Positions 20,183-31,055 of a stretch of 64,000 nt of DNA are shown here, one piece after another (within the stretch, counting starts at the first letter, position 1; every line of letters begins with the position of its first letter). The notes beneath the pieces were generated by a model. It was given only the letters and a program-made list of their open reading frames with translations, did not search any database and was not told the DNA's origin. This stretch comes from Escherichia coli. Its GTDB lineage: Bacteria; Pseudomonadota; Gammaproteobacteria; Enterobacterales; Enterobacteriaceae. Where the stretch lies: the NCBI GenBank assembly GCA_009729775.1, contig GCA_009729775.1_4081.1, one strand, 5' to 3'. Both the position numbers and the translations under genes were made by a program.

Positions 20183-20680
20183 TTAGTAGTTAATTAAAAT
20201 TTGTTCTAACTTACCAGCTAAACTTTTCTGGACATCTGATGGGTACTTACTAATATAATCACGGTCGATCCCAACTTTAAGGTATGTAAAGTTTCCAGTT
20301 ACTGTTTCAGCAAATGTTCCGGTAGTTCCTTGTTGTCTAATTAAATCCCCACCATTTGGATTTAAAATAACCATATCAGTAAATTCAAGATAATAATTAC
20401 AACTTTCAGTGAATTTAATTGGAAACCAATCATCATCAGTAGGATTACTAGCTAATGTAGCTAACACATAAATTCTACCAATAAAATTACGTAGTGTAAA
20501 TGAAATAGTATGTAAACCTGTAGTACAGCCATAGTAGCCACCACTTGCGAGTGGTAACGTTTGTTCATTCCAGTGATAATCCAAGTTAGCTGGATACCAG
20601 CTATCAGATTCAGGAAAATCTTGCCATGAACCATCTTTTGTTTTTCTTCTGAAGAGAAAGTCTTTTGATCTTAATGCCAT
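20183..20680 (-). CDS. hypothetical protein
   Basis: 165 aa, first gene of the 3-gene minus-strand unit divergent from the fibre operon. Confidence 0.6.
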   Translation of the reverse strand: MALRSKDFLFRRKTKDGSWQDFPESDSWYPANLDYHWNEQTLPLASGGYYGCTTGLHTISFTLRNFIGRIYVLATLASNPTDDDWFPIKFTESCNYYLEFTDMVILNPNGGDLIRQQGTTGTFAETVTGNFTYLKVGIDRDYISKYPSDVQKSLAGKLEQILINY

Positions 20681-20790
20681 TGTTTAAGCCCTTTTAGTAG
20701 TGAACTTTCATTTATTTATTAATGATAACGAAATGTATTTTGTACTGATAAATATTGGTATATGACATTAACTCATACAAGGGAAATATT

Positions 20791-21906
20791 ATGACAATTT
20801 CATTTAATGGTTCATGTAATAACTCCGGCATCAAAAGTCTAGTTATTAATGGTGCTGGGCATTTAATTGTAACCTATGCAGATAACACAATTCAAGATTT
20901 AGGTCTTGTTGTAGGACAGAATGGCGAGAATGGTAAAAACTTTTATCCTAATGAGATTGGTTTTGAAATTCCTTCCGAACAATTTAAAGTTGGTGAACCA
21001 CTTGGGTGGTGCTACTTAAGCTTGGCTAACAATACCAGTACTCTATACTTTAAATCAAATGATGCACAAGATCCGACAAGTACATGGATTAGTGTTGAGT
21101 TTGGTAAAGGTGATACGGGTGAAGCGGGTAAGCCGTTCCACATTGATAGTGCTGGAACCACTTTCCCAACAACTGGTCTTTTTAATAACTATACATTTTA
21201 TAATACTCAAGATGGTAAACTTTATTTCTATCAAAGTGTAACTGCTACTTGGAGTGATGGTATACCTTTCCGTGGTGAACAAGGTCCGCGTGGTCGTTTC
21301 CATATTGATAGCAGTGGTGATCAATTTCCAAGTATTGAAAATCTTCCAGTTGATTATTGTTTTTATAACAACACTGATGGAAAACTATATTATGTTGATG
21401 AAGTAACTACAACTACCCCTCCTTCAAAAGAGTGGAGTGATGGTATTCTATTCCGTGGTAAAGAAGGTCAGCAAGGTATTCAAGGTATACAAGGCGAACC
21501 AGGTGCACCAGGTAAAGATACAATTTCTATTAGAAATACCATAGATAGCTCATGGACTAACGCACTATTAGTTATTGGTACATGTCCTGCTGGATATGTA
21601 GTTTCTAATATTGATGTAAACGTTATACAACCTTATTCTCTTCCAGTAACTGATATGTTTGTACGTTTTGGTGGTGAAGCACAAGAAGATATTGGCGGGA
21701 CGGTAATTGCACCAACTTCCTACTTTGATATCAATCGTCAGATGCGTTTTATTGTTAATGAAACTAATCATGCAGCATCCGATGTTGATGAAATTATTTC
21801 ATGTGTATTCAACGATTCTGTTAACAACAGTCCTTATGGAAAAATGGAAATTATTTGTACTCTTTCATGGCAAGCTCCTATCCAACCGATTCAAGATAAT
21901 ATTTAA
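20791..21906 (+). CDS. tail fibre protein with short collagen-like Gly-X-Y stretches
   Basis: ORF track start 20755; the ATG at 20791 follows AAGGGA. Internal duplicated module (FHIDSAGTTFP... / FHIDSSGDQFP...) each ending in Gly-X-Y triplets (GEQGPRGR; GKEGQQGIQGIQGEPGAPGKD). Confidence 0.7.
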   Translation: MTISFNGSCNNSGIKSLVINGAGHLIVTYADNTIQDLGLVVGQNGENGKNFYPNEIGFEIPSEQFKVGEPLGWCYLSLANNTSTLYFKSNDAQDPTSTWISVEFGKGDTGEAGKPFHIDSAGTTFPTTGLFNNYTFYNTQDGKLYFYQSVTATWSDGIPFRGEQGPRGRFHIDSSGDQFPSIENLPVDYCFYNNTDGKLYYVDEVTTTTPPSKEWSDGILFRGKEGQQGIQGIQGEPGAPGKDTISIRNTIDSSWTNALLVIGTCPAGYVVSNIDVNVIQPYSLPVTDMFVRFGGEAQEDIGGTVIAPTSYFDINRQMRFIVNETNHAASDVDEIISCVFNDSVNNSPYGKMEIICTLSWQAPIQPIQDNI

Positions 21907-21920
21907 GGGAGGATGTCATA

Positions 21921-24062
21921 ATGGCAGTATTTTCTAATTTTGAAGGAACTATGCAGCCCAAATTCATATTGGGGAAAAAAGGTGCTTCAATAAATTTTAT
22001 CAATGATTCAGTTTCTATAAAAGATTATCTAGGAGAACAGTTCCTACCACTGAAGGTAGGAACTTCATCTGACCCTAATTCAGCAGTTAACGTAAAATAT
22101 CTTGAAGATAACCCTAATGCATTATTTGGTGTTGTACCCCCTACCGATGATGTAGGAAAGAACAATAATACGTATTTTCAAATTGATGAAGATGGTATTG
22201 TTGATATTTTTGCAAAAAGTAATGGTACATGGGTAAAATCATTATACATTAATAAAAAAGTTCTATCCAGTAAAAATGGTGGCGATTTCATCGGACTTAT
22301 TACTGGAGGTACAGTTCAACAGGCCCAGTTTTATATAACACCAGAAGAATTTGGTGCTAAAGGTGATGGCGAAACTGATGACACTGCTGCTGTAAATTTA
22401 TGTGCTGCTTATGCTAAAGAAAATAAAATCCAAATTCAGGCTGGTGGTAATTACCGTATCAAAACTGCAATATACCTAGAAGATGTAACTTGGTTTGGGG
22501 GAACTATTACTGGTAACGGTGGTACTATGGTATCTGTTATTAATTCCCAAATACAATTTGCAACACTTACTGGATGTTATTTAAAATTCTTCGGTGGCGA
22601 TGGTAAGTTTTATTTTAATAAATTTATAAACATCACAAGTACTGCTGCATTTTTAATGCAAGGTATGACACAACCAGGAACAATAGATTTTTGCTTTAAT
22701 GAAATGACCCAATGTAAGTATGGTGTTCTTCAACAAGGTACTGGTGAGAAAATGAAGGTTGGTAGATATTCATATAACCATATTCATGATATCTATGGTG
22801 ATGCAATTGAACTAAACGTAATTAACTCACATTATCCTGATGGTTTTGTGATTGAAGGAAACGTAATTGAAAACGTTGATGGTTCTAACGCTCCAATCCC
22901 ACTTTCAAACTGGGGCATTGGTATTGGCGTTGCTGGTTCTGGTCCTTATGGTTTAGATGCACCAGATACACAATATGTCAGAAACTTTGTTATTAAAAAT
23001 AACAGACTATATAATGTTAGACAATGTATACACGTTGAATTAGGAATGGACTTTAAAATACTTAATAATGAAGTTTATCCATCATCTTTAGTTTCTGTTG
23101 GTACTGGATTAACCACTGCTGGTGTTATAACTTATGGTTCGAAAGAATTCATTATTGATGGGTTGACTGGTCATTTGCTTAATGATCCTTCTATCACAAA
23201 TAGAATGGTTTCAATAAACTGGGGTGTAACTTCTGGTCGTTTTGCTGGACCACCTAGAAACTTTAAAATTTCTAATCTCTATATTCCAGAGTCTTCTATA
23301 CTTGTTTATACTTCCGGTTCTGATAATTGGTTAAATAATACAGAATTGAGCAATATCACTTGTTCTAAAATCCTTTGGCGTGGTTTGCCATCATCATCTA
23401 AATTTAGTGATATTAGAACTAAAGAATTAGATGTAATTGGTCAACACCTCTCTACCGAAGGCGAAGGTGGTGGTATCTATACTCGCTCTAAATATACTTA
23501 TACTAATTGGACTAACTGTGTTGTTCAAGATGATTGTAATGTTTCAAAATATAGTTTTTCTAAAATGTATGTAGACAGAATAGACCAATCATCTAATAAC
23601 TTTAAAGTTACAACTGCAATCGATGGTACAGGTCACCGTGGCCCAGTACTGATACCTGTAGTTGAGCAATATTATATTCCATACGATACTTTTCCTGGGG
23701 GACGCTATTTCTCTGAAGGCACGATTATTCATAAACAATCGGGTGGAAAATATATTGTAACTGTTGGTGGTTCTTTTTTCGGAAAATATGACACAATTAG
23801 ACAAACGGTAGCAGGACAAACATACATAGAAGCATTGGGTGTGTCATGGGGTGAAAACCAATATGCAAAAGCTGCTGGTACTGAGATCATTATATCCGGT
23901 GCTGGTGAAAATGGTGGTGATTTGAGAACGTATATAACTCGTGCAGTGTATGTTGTAAACAACGTATATAGAATTGATATTGCAGATCCTATCATAACAG
24001 CAACTGCCGCTGGTGCAGCATTAAAAGCTGCCCAACCCGTAACTTACATAACCCTACCATAA
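21921..24062 (+). CDS. tailspike with pectate-lyase-type beta-helix (putative polysaccharide depolymerase)
   Basis: Motif PEEFGAKGDGETDDTAAVNLCAAYA, typical of the pectate lyase 3 / tailspike beta-helix start; AAGGGAGG SD. The N-terminal ~45 aa are paralogous to the next gene. Confidence 0.75.
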   Translation: MAVFSNFEGTMQPKFILGKKGASINFINDSVSIKDYLGEQFLPLKVGTSSDPNSAVNVKYLEDNPNALFGVVPPTDDVGKNNNTYFQIDEDGIVDIFAKSNGTWVKSLYINKKVLSSKNGGDFIGLITGGTVQQAQFYITPEEFGAKGDGETDDTAAVNLCAAYAKENKIQIQAGGNYRIKTAIYLEDVTWFGGTITGNGGTMVSVINSQIQFATLTGCYLKFFGGDGKFYFNKFINITSTAAFLMQGMTQPGTIDFCFNEMTQCKYGVLQQGTGEKMKVGRYSYNHIHDIYGDAIELNVINSHYPDGFVIEGNVIENVDGSNAPIPLSNWGIGIGVAGSGPYGLDAPDTQYVRNFVIKNNRLYNVRQCIHVELGMDFKILNNEVYPSSLVSVGTGLTTAGVITYGSKEFIIDGLTGHLLNDPSITNRMVSINWGVTSGRFAGPPRNFKISNLYIPESSILVYTSGSDNWLNNTELSNITCSKILWRGLPSSSKFSDIRTKELDVIGQHLSTEGEGGGIYTRSKYTYTNWTNCVVQDDCNVSKYSFSKMYVDRIDQSSNNFKVTTAIDGTGHRGPVLIPVVEQYYIPYDTFPGGRYFSEGTIIHKQSGGKYIVTVGGSFFGKYDTIRQTVAGQTYIEALGVSWGENQYAKAAGTEIIISGAGENGGDLRTYITRAVYVVNNVYRIDIADPIITATAAGAALKAAQPVTYITLP

Positions 24063-24078
24063 AGGAGATTATATTAAA

Positions 24079-24975
24079 ATGGCAGTTTTTTCTAATTTAG
24101 AAGGAACCATGAAGAAGTCCTTCATTCTTGGGAAGAATGGTGCACAGATTACCACAAATGGTAGTGTTGTGCAAATTCAAAACTACTCAGGGACACAACT
24201 TCTTCCAATTTCAGCAGGTGAACCAACTGCAAACACACACTTGGTTACATTGGGATATTTAAACGCACACAGTGGTGGTGGTAGTTCTGGTATCTTACGT
24301 GGAACAACAGCACCATCCGATTCGATCGGTCTAGATGGTGACGTTTACTTTTTGGTTGATAGTACTAATGTTCTTCAAATTTATATTAAAGACCTTGGTA
24401 TTTGGAAACCATTTAAAGGTAGCTCACCTGGGACTGATAGCTCATATGTAACTACTGAAATAGTTCCTGTTTCTGCATTTACATTAGTACCAGATACTAC
24501 TGATCATTATACTTACACACTACCAGAATCAGTTCATGGTAGAGGTTCTGATATTATGATCCAACTACAAGGTGACCCAGGTAATGTTGCATTGGAATCA
24601 GTATTCCAAACCACAGTAACAGTTAGTGGTATTGGGGATATAACAATTGATGTGATTGGTCAAATCACAGATTATGCAAGTGTTAAAGTAAACATTATAG
24701 GAGCAACAACAATGACAGTACCTTATAGTAAATTGGTAAACCAAGCAGATTGGGTTTCTAGTGCTGGTGATTTTACAATCACTATTCCTGCATCTGAACA
24801 CAATCAAACACCAGATAATTTGTATATTTCAATTTATGCAAATAAAACACCTGGGAGTGTTGCGTCATCTCCATTTGAATTGGTAGTGACTGATACACAA
24901 ATTAGTAGTACTGGTGATGTAATCTTCACTTCTGATATTTCTTTCAGTGGTAAGATTGTCATCTCTGGTAAGTAA
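24079..24975 (+). CDS. tail fibre/spike protein sharing the N-terminal anchor domain with the depolymerase
   Basis: MAVFSNLEGTMKKSFILGKNG... is near-identical to the N-terminus of the 21921 gene; AAGGAGA SD. Confidence 0.7.
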   Translation: MAVFSNLEGTMKKSFILGKNGAQITTNGSVVQIQNYSGTQLLPISAGEPTANTHLVTLGYLNAHSGGGSSGILRGTTAPSDSIGLDGDVYFLVDSTNVLQIYIKDLGIWKPFKGSSPGTDSSYVTTEIVPVSAFTLVPDTTDHYTYTLPESVHGRGSDIMIQLQGDPGNVALESVFQTTVTVSGIGDITIDVIGQITDYASVKVNIIGATTMTVPYSKLVNQADWVSSAGDFTITIPASEHNQTPDNLYISIYANKTPGSVASSPFELVVTDTQISSTGDVIFTSDISFSGKIVISGK

Positions 24976-24982
24976 AAAATTA

Positions 24983-25016
24983 ACCAGACTTGTTCTAAAT
25001 AAGTCTGGTTTTTTAT
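24983..25016 (+). terminator. intrinsic terminator
   Basis: AACCAGACTT ... AAGTCTGGTT stem followed by T6. Confidence 0.55.
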
Positions 25017-25112
25017 TATATTTGCTTTTGTCAAATAACATATTAATTGTTGGATAACAGCATAATAAAACTAAATATATACATATTAACAAGGTTATAA
25101 TGGAGGGTATAA

Positions 25113-28100
25113 ATGTACTCAATAAAAACTGACTTAGATATTACTGGTGCTGGTACGGTTGGTAAGGATCTTTTAGTCAAAGGAAATGCTGTTTTCAACA
25201 ATAACCTAACTGTAAATGGTACTGTAACTTTTGCAAATGCAACTTTTACTGCCATTGAATCATCAACTGCCAATATTACATCTACTTTAGATGTAGGTGG
25301 CAAAGCAACACTTTCTGGTGGTCTTGGTGTTGAGGGTAATACTACAATCGGTAGTGCAGTGGTCGGGTCTGATACAGCAACAATTAATTCAAACGCTACC
25401 TTTAACGGTACTGTATCAGTTGGTTCTGATTTTACACAAACTGCTGGTACAACCACTCTACAAGCAACTAAAGTTAAAAACTTAGAAGTTGCTGAAACAA
25501 CAGCATTTAAAGGTAATATTACTGCTGATGTTGGGACTACTGCTGCATTTGATAAAGTTACTGCTAATACCGCAGAAATTACTAATGTAAGTACAACAGA
25601 TATTAGTAGTACTGGTACTGCTACATTTAAAGATGTGACAATTAGTGGTACACTTGGTGGTGAGTTTAATCTATCTGACTTAAATGCAGTAACATTGAAC
25701 GTTACTGGTGCATCTAACCAACAAGGTGCAGTAACTTTCGGTGCTAACGTAACTGGTATTAACAGTACTGCTACTTTTAAAGACATTCGTATTGGTTCTA
25801 ACTCTGAATCACAAACCTTCAGATTAAGCTTCCCTTACACTGCTCCTGGTAAACGCCCAACTGTTATTCTACAAAACGAAATTCAGTCCGAGCTAATGTC
25901 ACCTGCAAACTTGACAGTATTGACCTCTGCTTCTTTTGGTAATGCGTCATTATCTTCTTATGGTATTACTGGTAATGGTCTAAACAAATTAGATTATCTA
26001 ACAGTTTCTGGTAACAATACACAATCACCAGACACACCACTATTAGAAGTTCAAAAAGGCAAAACTAAAGTTGCGGACTTTGAAGTAACCGGAACTGCAA
26101 CTATTCCAAATATCGAAAGTACTGGTACTGCTAATTTTAATAACATTAATGTTTCTGGTCTTCTTGGTGGAACGTTCCAACTAGACGATATCAATGCAGT
26201 ATCTTTGAACGTTACTGGTGTAACTTCATTAGTTGGTGGTGTTACTCTTGGTTCTAATATTACTGGTTATAACAGTACTGCATCCTTTAAAGCTATCAGC
26301 TTAGGTCAAAATAGTCAAGATGCGGCAGTGAAACTAGGTTTTGGATATACTGCACCAGGTCAACGCCCAACAGTTATTCTACCTAACGAAGTTCAATCAG
26401 AAGTCGTTTCTCCTTCTACATTGAACGTTCTTAAAACAGCAACTTTCGGTAACGCTTCTCTTTCCACTTATGGTATTACTGGTAACGGTCTAAACAAACT
26501 AGATTACCTAACTATTACTGGTAACGAAACACAAGCTCCAGGTACACCATTCCTACAAGTTGGTGGTAAAGCAATTCTTAATGATGTTGAATTTACTGGA
26601 ACAGTAACTGGACTAACTGTTGATGTTAGTGGTCAGGATCTAACACCTAATTCTGTTGTCGCGGCAGCAAATATTAAAGGTGCAACACTTGAAAGTACTG
26701 GTAACACTACCGTGGGTGCTAAACTAACTGTTACTGGTGATATTGCTGGTACAACTGCAACTCTTTCTGGTGCATTATCCGCTGGTTCAGTAAGTTCTGG
26801 TTCTATTACTGGTACAACTTCTGTATCTGCACCAACAATTAGTGCATCTACTGAAGTAACGGCTCCTACTATCACTGCGAGTGGAACTGTAAGTGGACAA
26901 ACAATTAACGGTACTAATATTAGTGCAACAACTCTGACTGCACCAACTATTAGTGGTAATACTAACTTCACAGAAAATGTTGATATTACTGGAAATCTAA
27001 CAGTTACTGGTACAGTAACCCCAGGTACAATTGATTTGAGTACTACTGATGTTAGTGCGAAATCAATCACTACTACCGCTGGTGCAAATATTGGTGGAGA
27101 TCTTGTGGTTCAAGGTTCTTTTGATTTATCAGCAGCAGACATTAACGTTAAATCACTAACTTCTTCTGGTATTGTTAAAAGTAATGACCTTGTTAATGCT
27201 AACGTACTTCCTGTACTTAATAGTACTACCATAACGGCAACTACTGTTAATGCTGATGATATAACTGTTACCGGATCTGCTAATTTGGGTACAATTTACT
27301 CAAGCTCATCTGTTCTAGTTGGGTCAACTTTAACTGTAACTGGTGAAACTACAACTGCATCGTTGGTTACCCCAACCATTTCAAATGCAAGTGGTGTCAC
27401 TATTTCCAATAATACAAATGTAACTGGTGACCTAACCGTTACTGGTGCAGTTATTCCAGGCTCTATCGATCTAGCAACAACTGATGTTAATGCTAAATCC
27501 ATTACTACTACTTCTGGTGCAACTATTGGTGGTAACCTAACTGTTAATGGTACAGTAGATCTTACTACTGCTGATGTTACTGTCAAATCTTTAACTAGTT
27601 CTGGTGCAATTGTTAGTAATGAATCTACAATTAGTAGTGTTCTACCTAAACTTCAAAGTACTGATGCAACTATTGCAACCCTTGGTTCAACAACTGCAAA
27701 TATTACTAATTTGAATGTTACTGGTGCATCTACCGTAGCTGACGTAACTTCTTCAGGTAAAGTTAAAGCAGTTTCTGTAGAAACCCCAACAATTAGTAAC
27801 GTTGATGGTGTATCTATTTCCAATAATACATCTATTACTGGTGACCTAACAGTTTCTGGTACAGTAACACCAGGTGCAATTGATTTGAGCACAACTGATG
27901 TAAGTGCAAAATCCATTACTACTACCGCTGGAGCAAATATTGGTGGAGATCTTGTTGTTTCTGGTACAGTTGATTTAAGTGGTGCTGATGTATCTGTTAA
28001 ATCTCTAACAAGTACTGGTATTATTACAGTTAGTAGTGCAGAAGGTATCAACGTTCTACCTAAAGTTCAAAGTACTGAAGTTACAGTGTCTGCTCTAAAT

Positions 28101-30992
28101 GCAACAAATGCAGTAGTTTCTGGTGATGTTTCAGCAGCAACAGCTTCAATCTCAGGTGCAATTACTGGTGGGTCAGCAACACTATCTGGTGTTGGAACTG
28201 CTCTAAATGTAACTAATAACGCAACTGTTGGTGGTGTACTTACTGTTGGTTCTATTACTTCAGCGGCAGAAAATGTATCCATTACTAAAAATACCGCGAT
28301 TACTGGTAATTTAGCAGTATCTGGAACACTAACTGCGGGTGTTATTGATCTTAGCACAACTGATGTGTCTGTGAAGACATTAACTTCGCTAGGTGATGCA
28401 ACCGTTCAAGGTAACTTAACTGTTGATGGTTCTATTGACCTAAGTTCTGCAAACATCGTCGGTGTAACACTAGAAAGTACTGGCTCTACCACTGTAGGTA
28501 CTGATTTGATTCTAACTACAGGTAACATTACAGGTAGTCCATCTATTTCTGGTAACTTGGGTGTAACTGGAACCACAACGTTAACTGGTGCAACTACAGT
28601 TTCAAATACATTGAATACTGCTGGTAAACTAACAGTTAATACTGGTGGTATTCAAGTAGTTGGTGGTGGTATCCAAGTTGATGCAGGAACTATTACCGCA
28701 CCAAGTGCTAATATTTCTGGTGACTCTACCCTTAATAGTGCAACTGTAACTACTACCCTTGGTGTTACTGGTGCAGCTAGTATGAATGGTGGCCTTACTG
28801 CATCTACCCTAGATGTAACTGGTGACAGTACTGTACAAAAACTAACTGTTAAGGGTGCATTTATTCCTGAAGGTGGTTTGGACCTATCTGGTGCTGATCT
28901 TAACGTGAATAGCGTATCTGCTGCAACCACATTAAGTGTTACTGGTGCTAGTACTCTAACTGGTGGCGTTTCCACTTCAACTGTTACTGCATCCGGTAAG
29001 GTAACCGCACAAGAATTAAGTACTGGTACATTGGCAGTAACCACAAATGGAACAGTTGGTGGTACTTTAGATGTAACTGGAAAGGCAACAGTCGGTTCTC
29101 TTGATTCAGGTGCAATATCTGCAACTTCTGGTACATTTAGTACTACACTAGGTGTAACTGGTGTAGCAACATTTGGTAACAATGTTAATATTACTGGCAC
29201 GTTAACTCCAGGTGCATTGGATTTATCTAGTACTGATGTAGATGCTAACAGTCTTTCTGTTGCAACAACCCTACATTCAAACGGCAATGCAACAATTGGT
29301 GGTACACTAGGTGTAACAGGTGCAGCAACTGCTCCATCAATAGCTCTTAATGGTGAAGGAACTGCATTAGCAGTTACTAACAATGCAACAATTGGTGGCA
29401 CACTAGGTGTAACTGGAAAGGCAACAGTCGGTTCACTAGATTCAGGTGCGGTATCTGCAACTTCTGGTACATTTAGTACTACAATAGATGTAACAGGTGT
29501 AGCAACCTTTGGGAATAATGTTAACATTACTGGTACATTAACTCCAGGTGCATTGGATTTATCTAGTACTGATGTTGTTGCAAACAGTCTTTCTGTTGCA
29601 ACCACACTACATTCAGATGGTAATGCAACAATTGGTGGTACATTAGGTGTAACTGGTGCAGCAACTGCTCCATCAATCACTCTTAATGGTGAAGGAACTG
29701 CATTAGCAGTTACTAACAATGCAACAATTGGTGGTACACTAGGTGTAACTGGTGCAGCAACTTTAGGTTCACTAACAACTTCTGGTGCAGTGAAAACTGG
29801 TTCTAATGTTATTATTGGTACTAAGATCGGTGAACAACCAGAAACAGTTCAGATTTTCCCTAACACTTACATCGCAGGTTCCTTGCGTGTAGACGGTGGT
29901 ATCAACGCTGATATCGATGTTAGTGGTCAAACGATCGAACCATATGCGGTTGTTGCTGCTGATACTATTAGTGCAGCAGGTAATATCACATCTGGTGCAG
30001 AATTGATTTCTAAATCTGCAACTATTGGTGATGTTGGTTCACAAAACAACAACTTAACCATCAATGGTAACGTAGTTAACAATGGTAACTTTACAGTAAC
30101 GGGTGTTCTAAACGCAACGCTAAACCAAGCTAACTCTGATGTGGCTGTTAAATCTTTAACTGCAACTAACAGTGTTGCTGCTGGTACTAGTATTACCGCA
30201 GGAACAAGCATTACTGCAACTGGTTTACTAAAAGGTAACACTCTTGAAGTAACCACTACTGGTTCATTCGGTGGTGCAGTTACTATGTCAAGTGGTGCGA
30301 ATATCACAGGAACTGTTGGTATTACTTCTGGTAACCTAACTGTCGGTGGTGATATTTCTGCAACTGGTACTGCTACCCTTGCTGCTACTTCTGTGACTAC
30401 AATTACTACTTCTGGTGCTGCTACTCTTGCTAGTGCATCTGTAACTGGTGCAGCAACCGTAGGTGGTACTTTAACTGTTACTGGTTTAATGACTGCAAAT
30501 GGTAGTGTTGTTCTAGGTGACGCTGCTGCTGATACATTAACTGTCAATGCAACATCTTCTTTCAAAGAAAATGCAGTATTTGATAAAGATGTAACTGTAA
30601 CTGGTCAATTAACAACTACTAATGCTGACCTAACTACTACAACAGTAACTACTAAAAAATATGATGTTATTCCTAATCAAGTAACTTCTTCTGTTATCGC
30701 ACCAACTGGTACTTGGACCCCAGACGGTACTAGCAACGTATACTTTATCACTCTAGATCAAGATACAACTCTAGCACCAATCACTGGTCTAATCGGGGGT
30801 GGTAAAGCATCTTCAGTATACATTTATGTTAAACAAGATGCAACAGGTAATAGAAACTTTACTACTGATGGTACTTATGCGGTTGTTGATGGTACACTGA
30901 ACAAAACTGCAAACTCTGTAACTATCTACCAAGTCATTTATGACGGTGTGAGTCCAGTAACAGATATGTTTATTGCACAACGTACTGCTTAA
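25113..30992 (+). CDS. giant repetitive tail fibre protein (1959 aa, Thr/Gly/Val/Ser-rich beta-repeat)
   Basis: GGAGGG SD. Multiple internal repeat families, including four ~65-aa modules (xTGDLTVTG...IDLSTTDVSAKSITTT...) and a near-identical tandem 112-aa duplication. Confidence 0.85.
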   Translation: MYSIKTDLDITGAGTVGKDLLVKGNAVFNNNLTVNGTVTFANATFTAIESSTANITSTLDVGGKATLSGGLGVEGNTTIGSAVVGSDTATINSNATFNGTVSVGSDFTQTAGTTTLQATKVKNLEVAETTAFKGNITADVGTTAAFDKVTANTAEITNVSTTDISSTGTATFKDVTISGTLGGEFNLSDLNAVTLNVTGASNQQGAVTFGANVTGINSTATFKDIRIGSNSESQTFRLSFPYTAPGKRPTVILQNEIQSELMSPANLTVLTSASFGNASLSSYGITGNGLNKLDYLTVSGNNTQSPDTPLLEVQKGKTKVADFEVTGTATIPNIESTGTANFNNINVSGLLGGTFQLDDINAVSLNVTGVTSLVGGVTLGSNITGYNSTASFKAISLGQNSQDAAVKLGFGYTAPGQRPTVILPNEVQSEVVSPSTLNVLKTATFGNASLSTYGITGNGLNKLDYLTITGNETQAPGTPFLQVGGKAILNDVEFTGTVTGLTVDVSGQDLTPNSVVAAANIKGATLESTGNTTVGAKLTVTGDIAGTTATLSGALSAGSVSSGSITGTTSVSAPTISASTEVTAPTITASGTVSGQTINGTNISATTLTAPTISGNTNFTENVDITGNLTVTGTVTPGTIDLSTTDVSAKSITTTAGANIGGDLVVQGSFDLSAADINVKSLTSSGIVKSNDLVNANVLPVLNSTTITATTVNADDITVTGSANLGTIYSSSSVLVGSTLTVTGETTTASLVTPTISNASGVTISNNTNVTGDLTVTGAVIPGSIDLATTDVNAKSITTTSGATIGGNLTVNGTVDLTTADVTVKSLTSSGAIVSNESTISSVLPKLQSTDATIATLGSTTANITNLNVTGASTVADVTSSGKVKAVSVETPTISNVDGVSISNNTSITGDLTVSGTVTPGAIDLSTTDVSAKSITTTAGANIGGDLVVSGTVDLSGADVSVKSLTSTGIITVSSAEGINVLPKVQSTEVTVSALNATNAVVSGDVSAATASISGAITGGSATLSGVGTALNVTNNATVGGVLTVGSITSAAENVSITKNTAITGNLAVSGTLTAGVIDLSTTDVSVKTLTSLGDATVQGNLTVDGSIDLSSANIVGVTLESTGSTTVGTDLILTTGNITGSPSISGNLGVTGTTTLTGATTVSNTLNTAGKLTVNTGGIQVVGGGIQVDAGTITAPSANISGDSTLNSATVTTTLGVTGAASMNGGLTASTLDVTGDSTVQKLTVKGAFIPEGGLDLSGADLNVNSVSAATTLSVTGASTLTGGVSTSTVTASGKVTAQELSTGTLAVTTNGTVGGTLDVTGKATVGSLDSGAISATSGTFSTTLGVTGVATFGNNVNITGTLTPGALDLSSTDVDANSLSVATTLHSNGNATIGGTLGVTGAATAPSIALNGEGTALAVTNNATIGGTLGVTGKATVGSLDSGAVSATSGTFSTTIDVTGVATFGNNVNITGTLTPGALDLSSTDVVANSLSVATTLHSDGNATIGGTLGVTGAATAPSITLNGEGTALAVTNNATIGGTLGVTGAATLGSLTTSGAVKTGSNVIIGTKIGEQPETVQIFPNTYIAGSLRVDGGINADIDVSGQTIEPYAVVAADTISAAGNITSGAELISKSATIGDVGSQNNNLTINGNVVNNGNFTVTGVLNATLNQANSDVAVKSLTATNSVAAGTSITAGTSITATGLLKGNTLEVTTTGSFGGAVTMSSGANITGTVGITSGNLTVGGDISATGTATLAATSVTTITTSGAATLASASVTGAATVGGTLTVTGLMTANGSVVLGDAAADTLTVNATSSFKENAVFDKDVTVTGQLTTTNADLTTTTVTTKKYDVIPNQVTSSVIAPTGTWTPDGTSNVYFITLDQDTTLAPITGLIGGGKASSVYIYVKQDATGNRNFTTDGTYAVVDGTLNKTANSVTIYQVIYDGVSPVTDMFIAQRTA
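29076..29747 (+). repeat. near-identical tandem duplication (2 x 336 bp) inside the fibre gene
   Basis: Two consecutive in-frame 112-aa units (KATVGSLDSGA...NATIGGTLGVTG) differing at only a few positions; period 336 bp. Confidence 0.8.
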
Positions 30993-31055
30993 TAATTATA
31001 ATAATAAAGGTGTCACTCTTTTGGGTGACACCATCATAACAAGTGAGGTAGTTAT

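Noticed and set aside
25670-29750. Possible CRISPR array or other non-coding repeat array suggested by the tandem repeats
   Set aside because: The repeats are in-frame coding modules of the fibre protein, with unit lengths of 336-480 bp and no short repeat-spacer periodicity; no cas-like gene is nearby.
26633-30565. Long minus-strand ORFs (96-355 aa) lying inside the 1959-aa fibre gene
   Set aside because: These are shadow ORFs produced by the repetitive Thr/Val/Gly/Ala codon composition of the + strand gene; they have no SD, translate to low-complexity Val/Pro/Ala-rich sequence, and overlap a gene with strong coding evidence.
31009-31032. GGTGTCAC...GTGACACC hairpin after the giant fibre gene as a rho-independent terminator
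   Set aside because: The stem is good but is not followed by a U-tract on the + strand, so it is more likely an RNA stability or processing hairpin; left out of the features.
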